64,000 nt of DNA from Chrysomallon squamiferum (Eukaryota; Animalia; Mollusca): the NCBI GenBank assembly GCA_012295275.1, contig CM022672.1, forward strand, positions 682,001-746,000, written 5' to 3'. Below are positions 13,253 to 26,431 of this stretch, piece after piece; position 1 is the first letter of the stretch, and the number at the start of each line of letters is the position of its first letter. The notes under the pieces were generated by a model. It was not told the origin of the DNA. It did no database searches and saw only the letters and a program-made list of their open reading frames with translations. The position numbers and the translations under genes are program-made.

Positions 13253-16200
13253 TGATTACTTCAAACATAATATGAAAAGATTTAACTCAAATCAGAACAT
13301 TTAGATTATAAAAATATATAACTGACCTTTTTCTACTCTCCCTGTCTGCAGATAACATCAGTGATTCAACTTTGTTTCTACTGGCAGTCAGACAAGGAAT
13401 TTGTTGTAGAACCTGAAAAATTATTTTAAAATATTAATTAGAGAGAGAGTACTACTGAATTTACTTTTAACCCATTTAATAATATATGATGAAATATACT
13501 TAAACATCTCTTTAAAAAAATAAAAAATAAAAAATCATGTTTCAAATGATTTTATTTTGAATTTATTCTTTCTTAAGTTCTTTTTATTCAATCAAGAAAT
13601 ATTGTTCAATATTGAATGAAGTGAAATACAACATAAAATATACCACAAAGTGACCCCTAAAATATTAAAAGCATTCCAGTGTCAAATACTGATATAAAAA
13701 AATAAAATTAATGTAACAGGTATCAGTGACCATGTATAAAACTGAAATAATTACATAGATCAAAAGACTTGTTTGATTATTAAAATAAATTGTACTTAAA
13801 CCAGCTAACAGAATTAGTAAACAAACTAAATAGATTTTTAATAATAATAATAATAATAATAATAATTAATAATATTAAATATGAACAAAATGGAAAAACA
13901 AAAAAACACCATAATAAACTTACAGCACTGACTGCTTTTTGAAAATTAGGATGTTCTTTGAGTCCACTAAAAGGAAACCGATGTCTGGCACAAAGTGAAA
14001 CTTTCTGAAAAAAAAAGAGGAAAATATATCAGATTAAGTGTGTGTTTTTGTAATGCATATAAAATGTATATTTGTATGGTCCATTACACAGTTTATGTAT
14101 GTGTTCGACAGAGTTTTAAATGTTTGTAACATAACAGACAATCTCAGGAAAGCACAGACTGAAAGAAAAATAAAAAAAACTTTGTTTCTTCCTGAAATCA
14201 TCATTTCTCCAGTTATTGGAACCTATAAATCAATCTGACGTGTTGTGTGCATGTGGCAATCAGTGCTAATACATGACATGTTCTTACCCTTACTATAAAC
14301 TGTCATTTTATTTTATTATGGCAACATTTTTAAAAAAATGTTTTTATTTTACAGATACAGTATTGGTATCTCTCTCCCTCTTACATACACAAAATCATAT
14401 ATACCCCCTGTACATTAGTTCTTAACTTAAAGCCCAATTTTTATTTTTATAATCGATAATAAAAAATATTACAGCTTACTGAGAACTCTGCAAACTCTTC
14501 AGTCCCCCGTGTAAAATACACCTCTGAAAGTAAAACACTTTTATGAAGGGTAAACATATTTTGTATACTTCTGTATATAAAACTAAATTAATAAACCTGT
14601 TATCATCTGTTTTTCTTATCTAAATATATAGAGGACAGACAAAAAAAAATTAAATAAAATAATAAATTAATCAACTTTATCATTGATTTTATTTATATTT
14701 TCTTATTTATCATCAGTCAGTCTAATAGTAATATTTCCCATCCATCGCTGATCCATACTTATATAATGAATGTCTGGTTGATTTTTTAAAATTATAAGTT
14801 AATTCTATGTCTTAAAGACACAGTGGTAATGCACAGGATATGTTCTGACATATGGCATGCATATTTTCACTTAACATTAAAAAATTATCCATCTGTCTGC
14901 ATTAATGTAATTTGTCTTTAGTTACACATCATTCAAATACTGATGTCACAATATATAATAAAGAAGTGCTACATAATTGCTACACTTTATTATTAGAAAA
15001 GGATGGAAACATACAACTCTTTGTTTTAGAAAGTTTTCGTTCACTATCCTAATTCAAGGTGAGTGAAAAGACATTTTCAGAACAGTGAAGCAGACATACT
15101 TTTTAATTTAAATAGTTTACTGGTTTCATTATGAAATGATGCTTTTATTTCTAACAAAGAACACATTTTGTTATAGATCTCTAAATGTATATAAGTTTAC
15201 CATTTTTTAAAATGTTTTTAAAATAAATTATTTTAATATAAAATAAATAAATAAATAAAAATAAAAACATTGATAGATGATTAAATAAAACAGAGAAAAA
15301 CTTTACAGACTAGAGTACAGACTTACGTGTTTTTTGGTTTTCTGAGTCCTTTCCCACTGACTGTCAACAGAAAATGAATAAAGTATTTATTTTTCTAAAT
15401 AAAACATTAAAATAGATCAAAATGAATTTACATTAGAAGCTGTTTAATAACATTTAGCAGAATGGTGTTTCTGAATACTTTTAGTATAGTTGCACAAAAA
15501 TTTTAGTTTTACCTTTTTTAAATTTAGTTATGGAAACAGATATAATTGATGAGAAATATCATCATCTGATTCACGTTCAATAAAAACAGATATATATACC
15601 AGTTTTAAACTACATTGTCTGACTAATCAATATATAAACAAAACATATACAATATATATATATATATATACATACATACACACACACATTTATTTATATT
15701 TTAATAAAAATAAATAATAATACGAACATTTAATAAATTAATGTATATGTAAATTTATAAAAATAACAAAATACATCTGTTTACATTTAAAAATAAAATA
15801 ACACATAAAAAAGAATTAATAGTTAGAATAAATAAATTAATAAATGAATGAAAATGTAGAATGTATACAAATAAACAACATATATTTATAAAAATAAAGA
15901 CTACAAAATAATACTGACACTGTCTAGTTCTGATGTATCAATGTCCCATGAAAAACCTGTAGTTTGTGTAACATATTGATTTTGTTGTTCAACTTCAGCT
16001 GATTTAACACTGGTTTTACCTACAAATAAATATTATATACTTGTCAGGGCTGTTCAAAAGTATTTTCAGAAGGCACTACAGAATACTGATTCCTAGTGAC
16101 ATAAAACAAATAAGCAATACTGAATTGTAATGTGAGCACTGATATAAGAAATAATAAAAAATAAAAAAATAAATAAAAGATGTACACTATTTATCTATTT

Positions 16201-17462
16201 ATGTAAGAAGAAAAAGAATCTGAACTATCTAATGTAATAAATATTAACCTTAATTTGCATAGTATTAGTTTCCTTTTACAGAAAAATTTAAATAATTTTT
16301 TTAACATTAACCATTATTAAACTCAGGATAAAAGTTAATGGTATATATTTCAAGACGACATTGACTTACAAACTTTTTGTTGTGTGACATCAGACGCTGT
16401 GTCACTGACTCGTTTACTTCCTGCTCTGAACGGATTCTCAAAGCGATTTTTAAACAAACCAACTGTCACTCTTCTTGGTTGTGAAGTCTTTGATGTGTCT
16501 GAACTTGTACTTGCTGTCACATCCACTCTCTTAGAGGTGGAGCGGGTGGATATCATGTAGGGTCCTGAACACACAGAATATTCTCCGCTAAGGTTGGTCT
16601 GAGATGCTGCACTTGCAGTTGAAACAGTTGGAAACGGTGATGATGACTTATTCAAAATGTCACCTTCTGGTGAAGTAACTGAAGATGCTGATGTAGAAAC
16701 AGGTGTTTGTGAAGTGGCTGGTTTAACAGAATGATCATTATTTTTAGACATTTGTGTAGTAATATTTGCAGGAGAAGTAGCTTGGTTTAGAGAACTGTCA
16801 TTGTTAATGGATGTTTGAGATAAGATGAAAGTGTTTCTTTCACAGGAAGTCTGAGATGCAGTTGAAGTTGACTTCACAAGAAATTTAGTATCTGGGAATG
16901 TCTGTGATGCTGAACTTGTGGTTGAGACTGGACACACTGTGCTACTGGTCTCTGTCTGTGAAGATGTAGTACTTGCTGATGGTGCTGTCAGAGAGCTAGT
17001 GGCATCTGCTTGGGTCTGAGATTCTGAACTCACTGTAGAAACAACAGTTTGAGAAGAACATGTCGCTGTTATCACTGATGAACTGACAGTCTGTGTTGCG
17101 GTACTGTCAGTCTGAGCCGAAAAAATATTCCCCTCACTGTCTGTCTGTGAAGCACAAGAATCTGTGGAAACCTGTGACGGTGTGAGACAAACTTCCATGT
17201 TAAAACTGTCCTTCCGTGTTTTTCCACAAGGTGTCTTCTTTGATGTCTTAAATGCTTTGGTACAATAACTCTCACTTATGAAATCACCAGCTCTCTGTAA
17301 AAGTTCACTCACAACAAATCTCTCCTTTTTGTAATTGTCAATCTCCAATGCAAGATAACCACTAATGTCAACACAATGGTCAAAATCTAAATGTTCTCGA
17401 CACAACTTCTGAATTGCCTCCAGTAAAGAAGAAAAGAATTCTGCTGAATACTGCTTAGCCAT
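10031..17462 (-). CDS. Gene B: shared N-terminal domain + Ser/Thr-rich region + PHD finger + acidic/basic tail, ~696 aa; coding exons 17462-16370, 16019-15919, 15360-15327, 14523-14480, 14004-13924, 13412-13327, 12439-12414, 12059-11989, 10880-10728, 10432-10031
   Basis: All ten exons have GT/AG boundaries with compatible phases (1,0,1,0,0,2,1,0,0) and give an open 2091-nt frame. Exon 9 encodes C4HC3 CPVC...CSSC...YHENC...WVCPLC (PHD). The N-terminus MAKQYSAEFFSSLLEAIQKLCREHLDFD...ESYCTKAFKT matches genes A and C. Confidence 0.8.
11029..11750. mobile_element. Putative non-autonomous DNA transposon (MITE, CAGGG terminus) in a gene B intron
   Basis: Left end CAGGGTTCATAC and right end TATGAACCTG form an imperfect inverted pair. 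Both ends carry subterminal tttcca/tttcaa motif clusters. No convincing TSD. Confidence 0.4.
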
Positions 17463-17789
17463 GGTGTCTGCAAGAAAATCTAAAAATATTCAAGTAATAA
17501 TAAAAACATTCTATAAACTTTTTGAATGCGTGTGCATTTAAAAGTAATACATAAGAAATGTTATAATTTTAACATTTTACAAATATAATACAAATGTGGA
17601 ACCACATTTCAAAATTGAATAAATTACTTGAAGTGCTAGGGCGACATCTACTTACTCTATTTGTGGTTCTTGACGATGAACAATAAGAACACTATTAGAT
17701 GACAAAATAAAACAAGTATTTTGCATTAAATTAAATCTTTTGTAATTAATAATAATGATCTAAAAATCTGGAAATGTATTCTTTCCTTA

Positions 17790-18760
17790 CCAAAACAATG
17801 CTTTCTTTCTGCTTTTTAATTTTTTTTTAAATAAAAAAAAATAATTAAAGCGTTTTAATTACATAGTTTCGCTTGTTTTCCCCCAGCCTTCAAGATCTGA
17901 ATAAGTTTTATCGAGACTAAAAGTAGACTTGCCACAGTCCAAATTAAATTAACAAATAATGTCATAAATTTAGTGGGGTTTTTCTTTTCTTTCTTTCTTA
18001 CTTTTTTTTCAAAACCAATATTTAGAAGAAAGATTAATAGCTATTTAATTTACTCAAAAACAAAATAATTCAGCGGCGTGCAGAGGGGGGGGCGAAAGGG
18101 GCAACCAATCAGAGAAAAGAACATAATAAATTTGGTTGATTTATATTTAAATCGAATAAAGTGTTTATTTTGTTTTATCTGTGTTTACATATTCAGATAT
18201 CTTCGTGTCTCACAACATTTCTCAGTAGAAGGCCTTATACTAGAGTCTTTGGGGCAAGCAACGAAGGCGCCGGCCACGGGCATCACCAGACCTCTGCACG
18301 CCACTGGTTATATGAGTTTTCTTTCGTTTAAATTATACTATAATATATATTTTACTTTAAAATAAATATTATTTATATACTGGAATATGCAGGATTTAAA
18401 TTAGAATTTCATGATCTAAAAAGAAAAGAAAGAAAGAAAAAAGGAAACAACAAAAAGAAAGGAGAAATAAAACAAATCTTTTCTTAGTTTCATTGTGGAA
18501 ATCAAATAGGAACTTGGTACCTAAAGGGACACAACTCATTTATTATTCAGTCACGTGACATTAGCGCCAACAACAAAACTAAATGACCTATTTAAATGAT
18601 CTATCATAAAATGCATTTTTAACTATCCATATACTGATATTAACTACAGGAATTAACTGTGATAGGTAAGCATTGATGTTTAATTTAATCTTAGATATTT
18701 ATAAAGGCGTTTTCATAAAAGAAAATCAAATGAAAGTAACGGGGGCTTTCAGTTTACCGG
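17790..18760. promoter_or_regulatory. Putative bidirectional promoter of genes B and C
   Basis: Both ATG exons start just after splice acceptors (17467 minus; 21070 plus), so non-coding first exons are required. Donor-like sites point outward (minus GGTAAG near 17790; plus AG|GTAAGC after 18665, CG|GTAAGA near 18759). Perfect palindrome GTCACGTGAC at 18550-18559. Confidence 0.5.
18071..18306. mobile_element. 236-bp MITE (hAT-like termini) between divergent genes B and C
   Basis: cagcggcgtgcagagg (18071-18086) and cctctgcacgccactg (18291-18306) are 15/16 inverted repeats. GC-rich ends, AT-rich middle, no 8-bp TSD retained. Confidence 0.65.
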
Positions 18761-19925
18761 TAAGAGACGCAAAGTGTCGGACAAAGCTAAAAAGCACTTG
18801 ACGAATTCAGAATTGTGATTCTAAACATTCTTACAGTTTTATGTTTCCATTCTTTTTTCTCTTTTTTTGAAATGAAATGAAAATATATGCTAAATTCCAT
18901 TATAAATTACAGATTTAAAAGAAATGTATGGACGAGCTTTATTCTTTTGATTTCGGTAATACTGAAATTATTCTGATTATAATTTATATCAATACTCATA
19001 ATGATAATCATATAGTTATAATCTCAAAAAAAAAGAGAAAAAAAGAGAAGACATTTAGAATGGTACCAAAATGTTTGATTGGTCAGTTATTACATATGAT
19101 ATGTTATGATTTTTTTTTTTTTTAATTTAATCAAAAAATTATTTATTATTATATTTTTAAATTACAAATGTACAAGGAAAAGTATGACCAGTTGTGGGTA
19201 AACTAGCAGTTAAAGTAACTACAGTTAATTTTCTACAGACGAGAACAATGTAACAGAATAAAAAATCATTGAGATAAAAGCTTGAGGTAACATATTGAAA
19301 ATATGCCAAATTGTAGGAAAATGGGCAATTTCTTGTTTACACTATGTACATATATATACAGTAAATATTTAATGCTCTGAAGTTGAATTAAAATAAACAT
19401 CCAATCAAATGTTAGTATTTTGATAGGTGAACTAGCATAAGGTAATAATCTATGCTGCCAAATCATATGATTTTTTTTACCCCCAGAAGGTAAGAAACAG
19501 TTCATACGTGATACATTTTGACATTATAAAGTAACTTTGGTGGTTTTATTCTGGAAAAATTAAAATCAGATGAACAGCAACACTTGGGGAACATTGATCA
19601 TTTTTTATATGATGGTTGTTAATTTTGCTACATTTCAAAGCTGTAAGAAACAGCCTCTGTTCAACAGAATATACATGGAAAAAGGTAAGACACTGCATAT
19701 AAATGTCATGAAGTTTAGTGGCTATCATAACGTGATAAGAAAAATGGCTTACAGATGTTCCTGTATGTAACATTACATGTGTACAAGCAAAAACCATTAT
19801 TGAATTAATTAGTACCCATGTTTAAAGAGAATTTGCAAAAACAGGTGATAAAATATGACAAATCATTTTGCATGCAGCATGGATATTTTTTAGTATAGGA
19901 CTATATTATGTGTTTGTAAACAGTA

Positions 19926-19965
<40 letters not shown>

Positions 19966-21076
19966 AAACAATTAAAATAAGTAAATACAAAAATGCAGAA
20001 ACATCCAAAAGAACAGAAATATTCTGATTATACAATCTTGCATAGGCCACTTTCTTGTTTCAGTGCACAAAAAATAAAGCTGAAAAATAAGCAAAATATA
20101 AAGTAAATAAAAAAAAGAAGAAAATCATATAAAACCGAAAAAACTAACTTTTGCATATCAGACTTCAGAAATTAACCAGTTTTATTCTTCATTATAACCA
20201 CATAAACCAATGTTAATAAAAACCCCACAAAAAACAAACAAAAAATACACAAAAAAAAAACATTCCTTGCAACCCAAACAAGTCTGGTGCTGTAGTGGGC
20301 GGTGCTGATCTATTTTTAGATAAATACATGTCATTTCATTTTTGAGATCAGCTTTGTTTATACAATTAAATAAGTAAAGTGTAATACATTAATCCTGCTG
20401 CTATTAATGATAGAAATATAGCAGAATTCATTCTGATAGTACAGTATGGCTGGTGATAAAAATTAATGTAGATAACATCAACGCCCCCCCTCCAAAAAAA
20501 AAATTCTAGATTTTTAAGAGTGTAAGTAACAAGAAAAAAATATTAAAATGTTGCTATTTTAGTTTCTGAACTCATGTATGTTCAGTTAACATTTATTCCT
20601 GTTTTATATGCAAGCTGATACAAATTGATTTACAGCAATCAAATTTGACGAAGCATCACTTAAATGCTATGTTTACTGCAAATTTATGTATATTCACATG
20701 CACTTTTGTGTTGAATTCATTATAATTTATATTGCTTCATCAAGCATATTTATTTTGCAAATTGTAATTTATATGGAATTAAAAAAACATTAATAAAATG
20801 GTATAACATTTAAAATGTTACGAAAAATGTTTCTGGATGCTTTAACCTTTATAGTGATAATTAAAACTCACATATTACAGAATCAGAAGAGTTTATTAAA
20901 AATTTAAAATATTATTTTTATTAAAGTATATTTTTAAATATGTGAATATGTATTTATCAGTCTTAGCAGCTTCAAACTTTTTATACTAGTGTGTTACATT
21001 CAGAAGTTTCATATGTAGAAAACTTTCAAAAAAATCTTTCTCACAAATATCACTTTTATTTTTCTTCAGCCAAACC

Positions 21077-22469
21077 ATGGACAAACAATTTTCAGTGAGG
21101 TTTTTCACATCTTTGCTGGAGGCAGTTCAGAAGTTATGTAGAGAATATTTAGATTTTGACCAATGTGTTGATGTCAGTGGCTACCTGGCACTAGAGATAG
21201 ACAACTACAGAAAGGAGAGATTTGTTATCAGTGAGTTGCTGCAGAGTACTGGAGATGTGATGAGCGAAAGTTACTGCACCAAGGCATTTAAAACACAACG
21301 CAGATATGCACCAAATAAATCTGATGAGAGTGGTGTTCTTAAAGAAAGAAACCTTGGTTCTAGACTAACAGATGAAGAGAGAACATCAAATCTGAGTGCT
21401 GCTTCATCTAAACAGACGTCTGCAAGAAACAGTTATAGTAAAAATGCTTCATCTCATACAGTTGCACGTGGTGATGAGGCGTACCATTCTGATCAAAGTG
21501 CCATGTCAGGAGACTACTATCAGTGTCCTAGACAGAGTAATTCTGAGTGGAATCCAGTGATAGGCTCTGTTCAGAGTCTCAATTCACCAGGCAGTGTAGG
21601 ACGGACTAGTAGTAATAAACGTAGTTTGCCATCTACTGCAGAATTACCCAATGCAAAGACTCTCAAAATAGGTAAATACATTAGAGGAATATTATTTTTT
21701 ACAAAAATGTTTGTCACCTTGTTGCATTAAAAAATATTTATTCAGAAAGTAATTTGTTATTAACATGTTCTTCTTAAATATTTATTATGTTTTAAAATAG
21801 TATAAAGTCTAATACATCTTATTTTGTGAAATATAAATGGTGGTTTATGCTTATTTGTTACTGTCCATCATATTAGTCATTAGTTAAATGTTATTTCTAT
21901 TCTGCCACAACCACAGACAAGTTTGTAAAATATTCTGTGGCATAGTGCACATATAAGATATTATCCTGCTTCAACACAAGTTTAATTTCTTAATTGATGT
22001 ATTTTCTGTTGTATGATTATAGTTTTTTTGGTGTGTATAATACTATATGCATACATACATACATTATATAAAAAAAAATAGTACTTTGTTGTTGTTAGTA
22101 TTGTGATGTAGTTGATTCATTCTTTCAGAAAATACAAGCACGCAGCACAGTTTTCCTACTCAGTTCTCTGACAAGTCGCATTTATCAGCTGATCAAAGTG
22201 ATGGGGACACTGGTGACACAACAGCGCAGGGCTCATACACAGACACTGTTCATTTACCTAGTACTGTACAGGTGAAAGAGGAGGAGCTTGATGATTGTGT
22301 TTTAATAGACAGTGCCGATGAAGCTGATGTAAGAGATATTCATAATGTGCTTGGTGCAGATGATTCAAACAGCTCAATGTATGACAGCTCAGGCCTGCAG
22401 ATGTCATTTTCGTCACCTGGGGAAGGGCTACCAGGCATGTCTGACCAGTCCAGCTCCAGCCACCAAAAG
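21077..22469 (+). CDS. Gene C constant region: coding exons 21077-21671 and 22129-22469 (312 aa), shared N-terminal domain + Ser-rich linker
   Basis: Acceptor ttcttcag| before 21070, ATG in context accATGg. Donor G|GTAAAT (phase 1). Acceptor tctttcag| before 22129 is in frame with the 22272 ORF. Donor AAG|GTAGGT after 22469 (phase 0). Same phase-1 then phase-0 structure as genes A and B. Confidence 0.88.
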
Positions 22470-23126
22470 GTAGGTGACCTTGATTTGATAATTTGAGACC
22501 TTTCTTATTCCGTTGCCACTAATAAATTGACCATCGTGTGAAAGCTTTCTTTACATGAAACCTCCACTAGAAACTTGTAACAGCTTTTGTAATTCCAGAT
22601 TTGAAAAATGCTAAATAGCAACTACTAACATTTCTTTATATGATAACAAAAATTAGACCAGTCTAAAGCAGTAGATAATTTTCTATTTATCTTTCTATTT
22701 CTCGTTTTCTTTTTTTAGACCTATTTTTTTTATCTAAAATGCTTGTGTGGTCTTAGTAAAATTATACAAAAGATTAAAAAATACCAACCCTCCCCCCAAA
22801 AGAAAACAACCCCCCAAAAAACCTTGTAAATTCTTTCTATTATAAAAATAGAGAGATGGGTTTGCTCGTTAAAATCTAATAACACAGCTATTGATTTTCT
22901 TACTGAGACATTTTCACAAAGATCTTTATTTGGGGAGCAACTTTGTTTCATATGGCATAAAACAACATGATTACAAAAAAAAAAAAAATATATATATATA
23001 TATGTAAATTAAATTAATATCAGATGTGAAGGACAGAATTTGTTTTTAAAAAATGAAGAAAAAAAACAACTGAGCAAAATAACTAACAGCACAATGTTAT
23101 TTCTCTCTCTCTTTCTCTCTCTCTCT

Positions 23127-23129
<3 letters not shown>

Positions 23130-23202
<73 letters not shown>
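23130..23202. repeat. (AG)n microsatellite
   Basis: Perfect dinucleotide run. Similar (AG/CT)n runs at ~13205-13248, 42666-42772, 43223-43302, 44291-44381, 56049-56160, 58092-58196. Confidence 0.95.
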
Positions 23203-23203
<1 letters not shown>

Positions 23204-25895
23204 AAAAATAATAAAAAAATAAAATTACAAAGAAAAAAATAATATGGCAACTGATTAGGAAAGGCCTCATTGTGACTAACTCAAAGTAAACCCAAGAAGA
23301 CATTTACAGTATTTTACAAATCTACAATTATAAATTTGGAAAACAAAATCAGGATATTAAAAAAGAAAGTTATTTTAATTGAATAGGAACATGCTAGATT
23401 TGTTTAACAAATTAGATGGTCAGATTTTTTTAGGAGTAGCAATGAGGGTGAGGACAAAAAGTTTTCAGAGGAAATAATTTTTTATTGCAGTTAGATTTTA
23501 TAGTAGTTTATATTTACTTATATGTTGATGCTAAAACATTAACAAGCAATCTGAGTAAAGTTACATAAAATCACATCTGTTCATGTATATATAATCTAAG
23601 TGGACAGGTGAGATAAAAAAAAAAAAAAATGAATAATAATAAAAAGAACATAAAAAGAATATTCATGTACATTTAGTTCAATTTACTGTTTCATCTTTCA
23701 TTTGATCAGCATAGTGTTCAAAGATGATAGCTTCATGATACAGTAAAATATTTTATATTTATTTCCAAAAATTAAAACACTGAATGATTGTAAATTTGAA
23801 GCTTATTTCATGTTTGTATATTGTAGATAGTTTTCTATGGGTTTACTTTGACCTGTTTTTGATTTTTATTTGTATTTCTCTTGTATGGTAATAATATCCA
23901 TAGCAGGTTGTAGAAAGATGTTCCTGTAATGTTAACATTGGAAAAGTAATTTTACATATTTACTGGTATGTGTATGTAATTGTTTAAGTTCAATATTTCA
24001 GTGAATTAATATTAATTTTTTTTTTTAAATTTAATGTTGTTAATCATCAGATGTATCCAAATTTCTGTGACTGTTCAGTGACTGAATGAAGATTGTTTTA
24101 AAAATAATACTGCTTCACTGATAATTATAAAATACAGCTATTCTTCTCTACAAAAGCAGAAATTACAGTTAATATGTTTTGTAGATAAACAGTTTAAGAA
24201 AACAAATGAAAATAACAAACAGGATATGATTCTGGATGACATTTATCTGTTTCAGTTGCTGATTGGTACTGGTTGGTTTTGGGTTTTTTTTTTTTCTTAA
24301 ATTATTATATTTGATTCTGATGGGCCAAATGTTAGATCATGTTAAAATATTTCACATTTTATTAGATTATTTTATAATGTTCCACATTTCATCAGATTGT
24401 TAAAATATTTCACATTTTATTAGACTGTCTTCAGATATTCCACACTTTATCAGATTGTTATATTTTTCACATATTATCTCCTGACATGTATCTACATTGA
24501 ACTGCTTCCTGGTTTGAGGAAATTTTGCCATGCTGCTTTTCATATGTTGCTTTTCCGTAATGTGTAATTTGTGTTTGAACATATTATTACATCTGATACA
24601 CTACACGTTCTGATAATCTTGACTTTCTGATTTGTAAGTAACTATTACTTAATTATTGTTAATATATAACAGAAATGATTATTTATCCAGTTTCAAAATA
24701 CCCAGAGGGTATCTGCTAGACTGGATTAAATCAACAATTACAGTCAAAATTTAATAACTTTTTTGTTGGCTGCGAAAAATGTCTCCCATTCCTGTTGAGC
24801 TTGTACAGTTGTAACTTCTAAGGGTCACTGGGTCATCCTAAATTGACAGCTGAAGTGTATTGTGATAAGAAATAAAACCATAGCAGTTACTATTGTGAGC
24901 TCCACTATTTACCAAATTGAAAACATATTTTTTCATTATCATGTTTTAACAACAATAACACAGCAGATATATGCAAAATGATTTTCTGTCCCCTTCACCA
25001 GTTCAACCAATTTGAAATTTCACCATTTCCAAAATAACCATGTATCTTTTTTCCCCTGTTTAAAAAGATTGTGTGATACAATTAATTTTTATGTAAAAAA
25101 AGTAAAAAAATAAAAACAAAAGAGAGAGAGAAAAGTAACAACAGAAAAAATCTAAATAAAAGATGGTTTGGTCATTTGATAATTTCCAAAGGTCTATTCC
25201 TTTTAATAAAAATATTACTGTTTAGTTTTCTTTCTGTTTTTTAATTAATCATCATTAGAAGTCAGTGGAAGCATGATGTTTACCAATGAAGGTAAGAATT
25301 TTTCTTGTTCCTGTTCTCTTTTGATAACATCAAAAATGTGAAATATTAAATCTGAACATATGAAGTTCGTTCAAATCTTTTTTATTTGGAAGTAGTATTC
25401 ATGTTTCAGAGGTTTGTATTCAAATCAGTGCAGCAATATTTATAAAAATAACAAAAGTAAACATCTGTAACATTCCAAACACACACAACCAAACTATTAT
25501 TATTTTTACTTAAACATAACTAACAGTAACTTAAAAAAGAAGAAGAAAGCTATTGAATATGGTGATGATGGAAGGTGAAGACTAATTAAATAAGTTTTGT
25601 TAATGATTGACACAGTGTTATTCACTGATGGAATTCAGCATGTTCAGTGTGTGAATAGCTGTGATTTACAGTTGGAATTTTGTTTGGTGATGTTTTATTA
25701 CTTTTCACCTTGCAAAGCTGTCATTGTGCCAAGAAAGTTATTTAATTTGATCATTTTCAAGTGCAAACAAAAGTTGACATACAGTGACTGAACTTTGGAA
25801 AAGTTGAGAAGTGTTGTTTTCTCTAAACATTTGATACAAAGTAAATTACTTTCATGATTGTTGCTTTACTGGATGTTTTTATCTCTCAACCAAAG

Positions 25896-26431
25896 ATGCC
25901 AATGTCGACAGTAGAGGCAAGCAGACTGTATCAGCAGCAAGTGAAATCTGAACGAGCCTTGTATTCACGATTCAGGATGTACAGTGCTGAAGGGGCAAGA
26001 TTAAAAGGCAAGCAAGAGAAAACACCTGAACAAATTCGGCTGCTGAGAGAAAAAAACAGACTAAGAGTAAAAGCACACAGGTATATATAATCCTGATTAG
26101 TGATGATTAATAACAAGAAAAATAAAATCCTAATTTAACAAAGTGATATCCTGAAAGACTGCATGAGATGTTTTTATATTTGTTGTTGTACTTTGTTCAA
26201 AATAATTAATTCTTCTGATACAATTTCATTGCTGTCACAGACTGTTGACTTGTCTTTTCAAGGAAGATTATTGAAACAAAATGTAAATTTTAAATTTAAT
26301 GTTCAGGTAGAAAAAGGGTCTGAAGCTCATCAAATATGTTTGGTTTTGTTTGTTACAGGGAACGCAAAAAACTGATGGCACAGTTAAAAATGACAGTACT
26401 CCAGTCAAACTTTAGTGACACGCAACAATAA
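25896..26431 (+). CDS. Gene C candidate alternative end V0: two exons (25896-26080, 26359-26431) with a basic/bZIP-like helix
   Basis: AAG|ATG phase-0 acceptor (weak). Donor AG|GTATAT (phase 2) matches acceptor ttacag|G. The joined peptide reads MPMSTVEASRLYQQQVK...IRLLREKNRLRVKAHRERKKLMAQLKMTVLQSNFSDTQQ*. Confidence 0.55.

Noticed and set aside
23040-23303. ERERER / LSLSLS ORFs (also near 42.5-44.5 kb and 55.9-56.2 kb)
   Set aside because: (AG)n microsatellite translations.
25259-25291. 33-bp candidate micro-exon (tag|AAGTCAGTGG...GAAG|gtaaga) in gene C
   Set aside because: It has a stop in phase 0. The phase-1 reading (EVSGSMMFTNE) would need the weaker donor at 22473 and would not fit the phase-0 cassette acceptors. 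Unsupported without RNA data.
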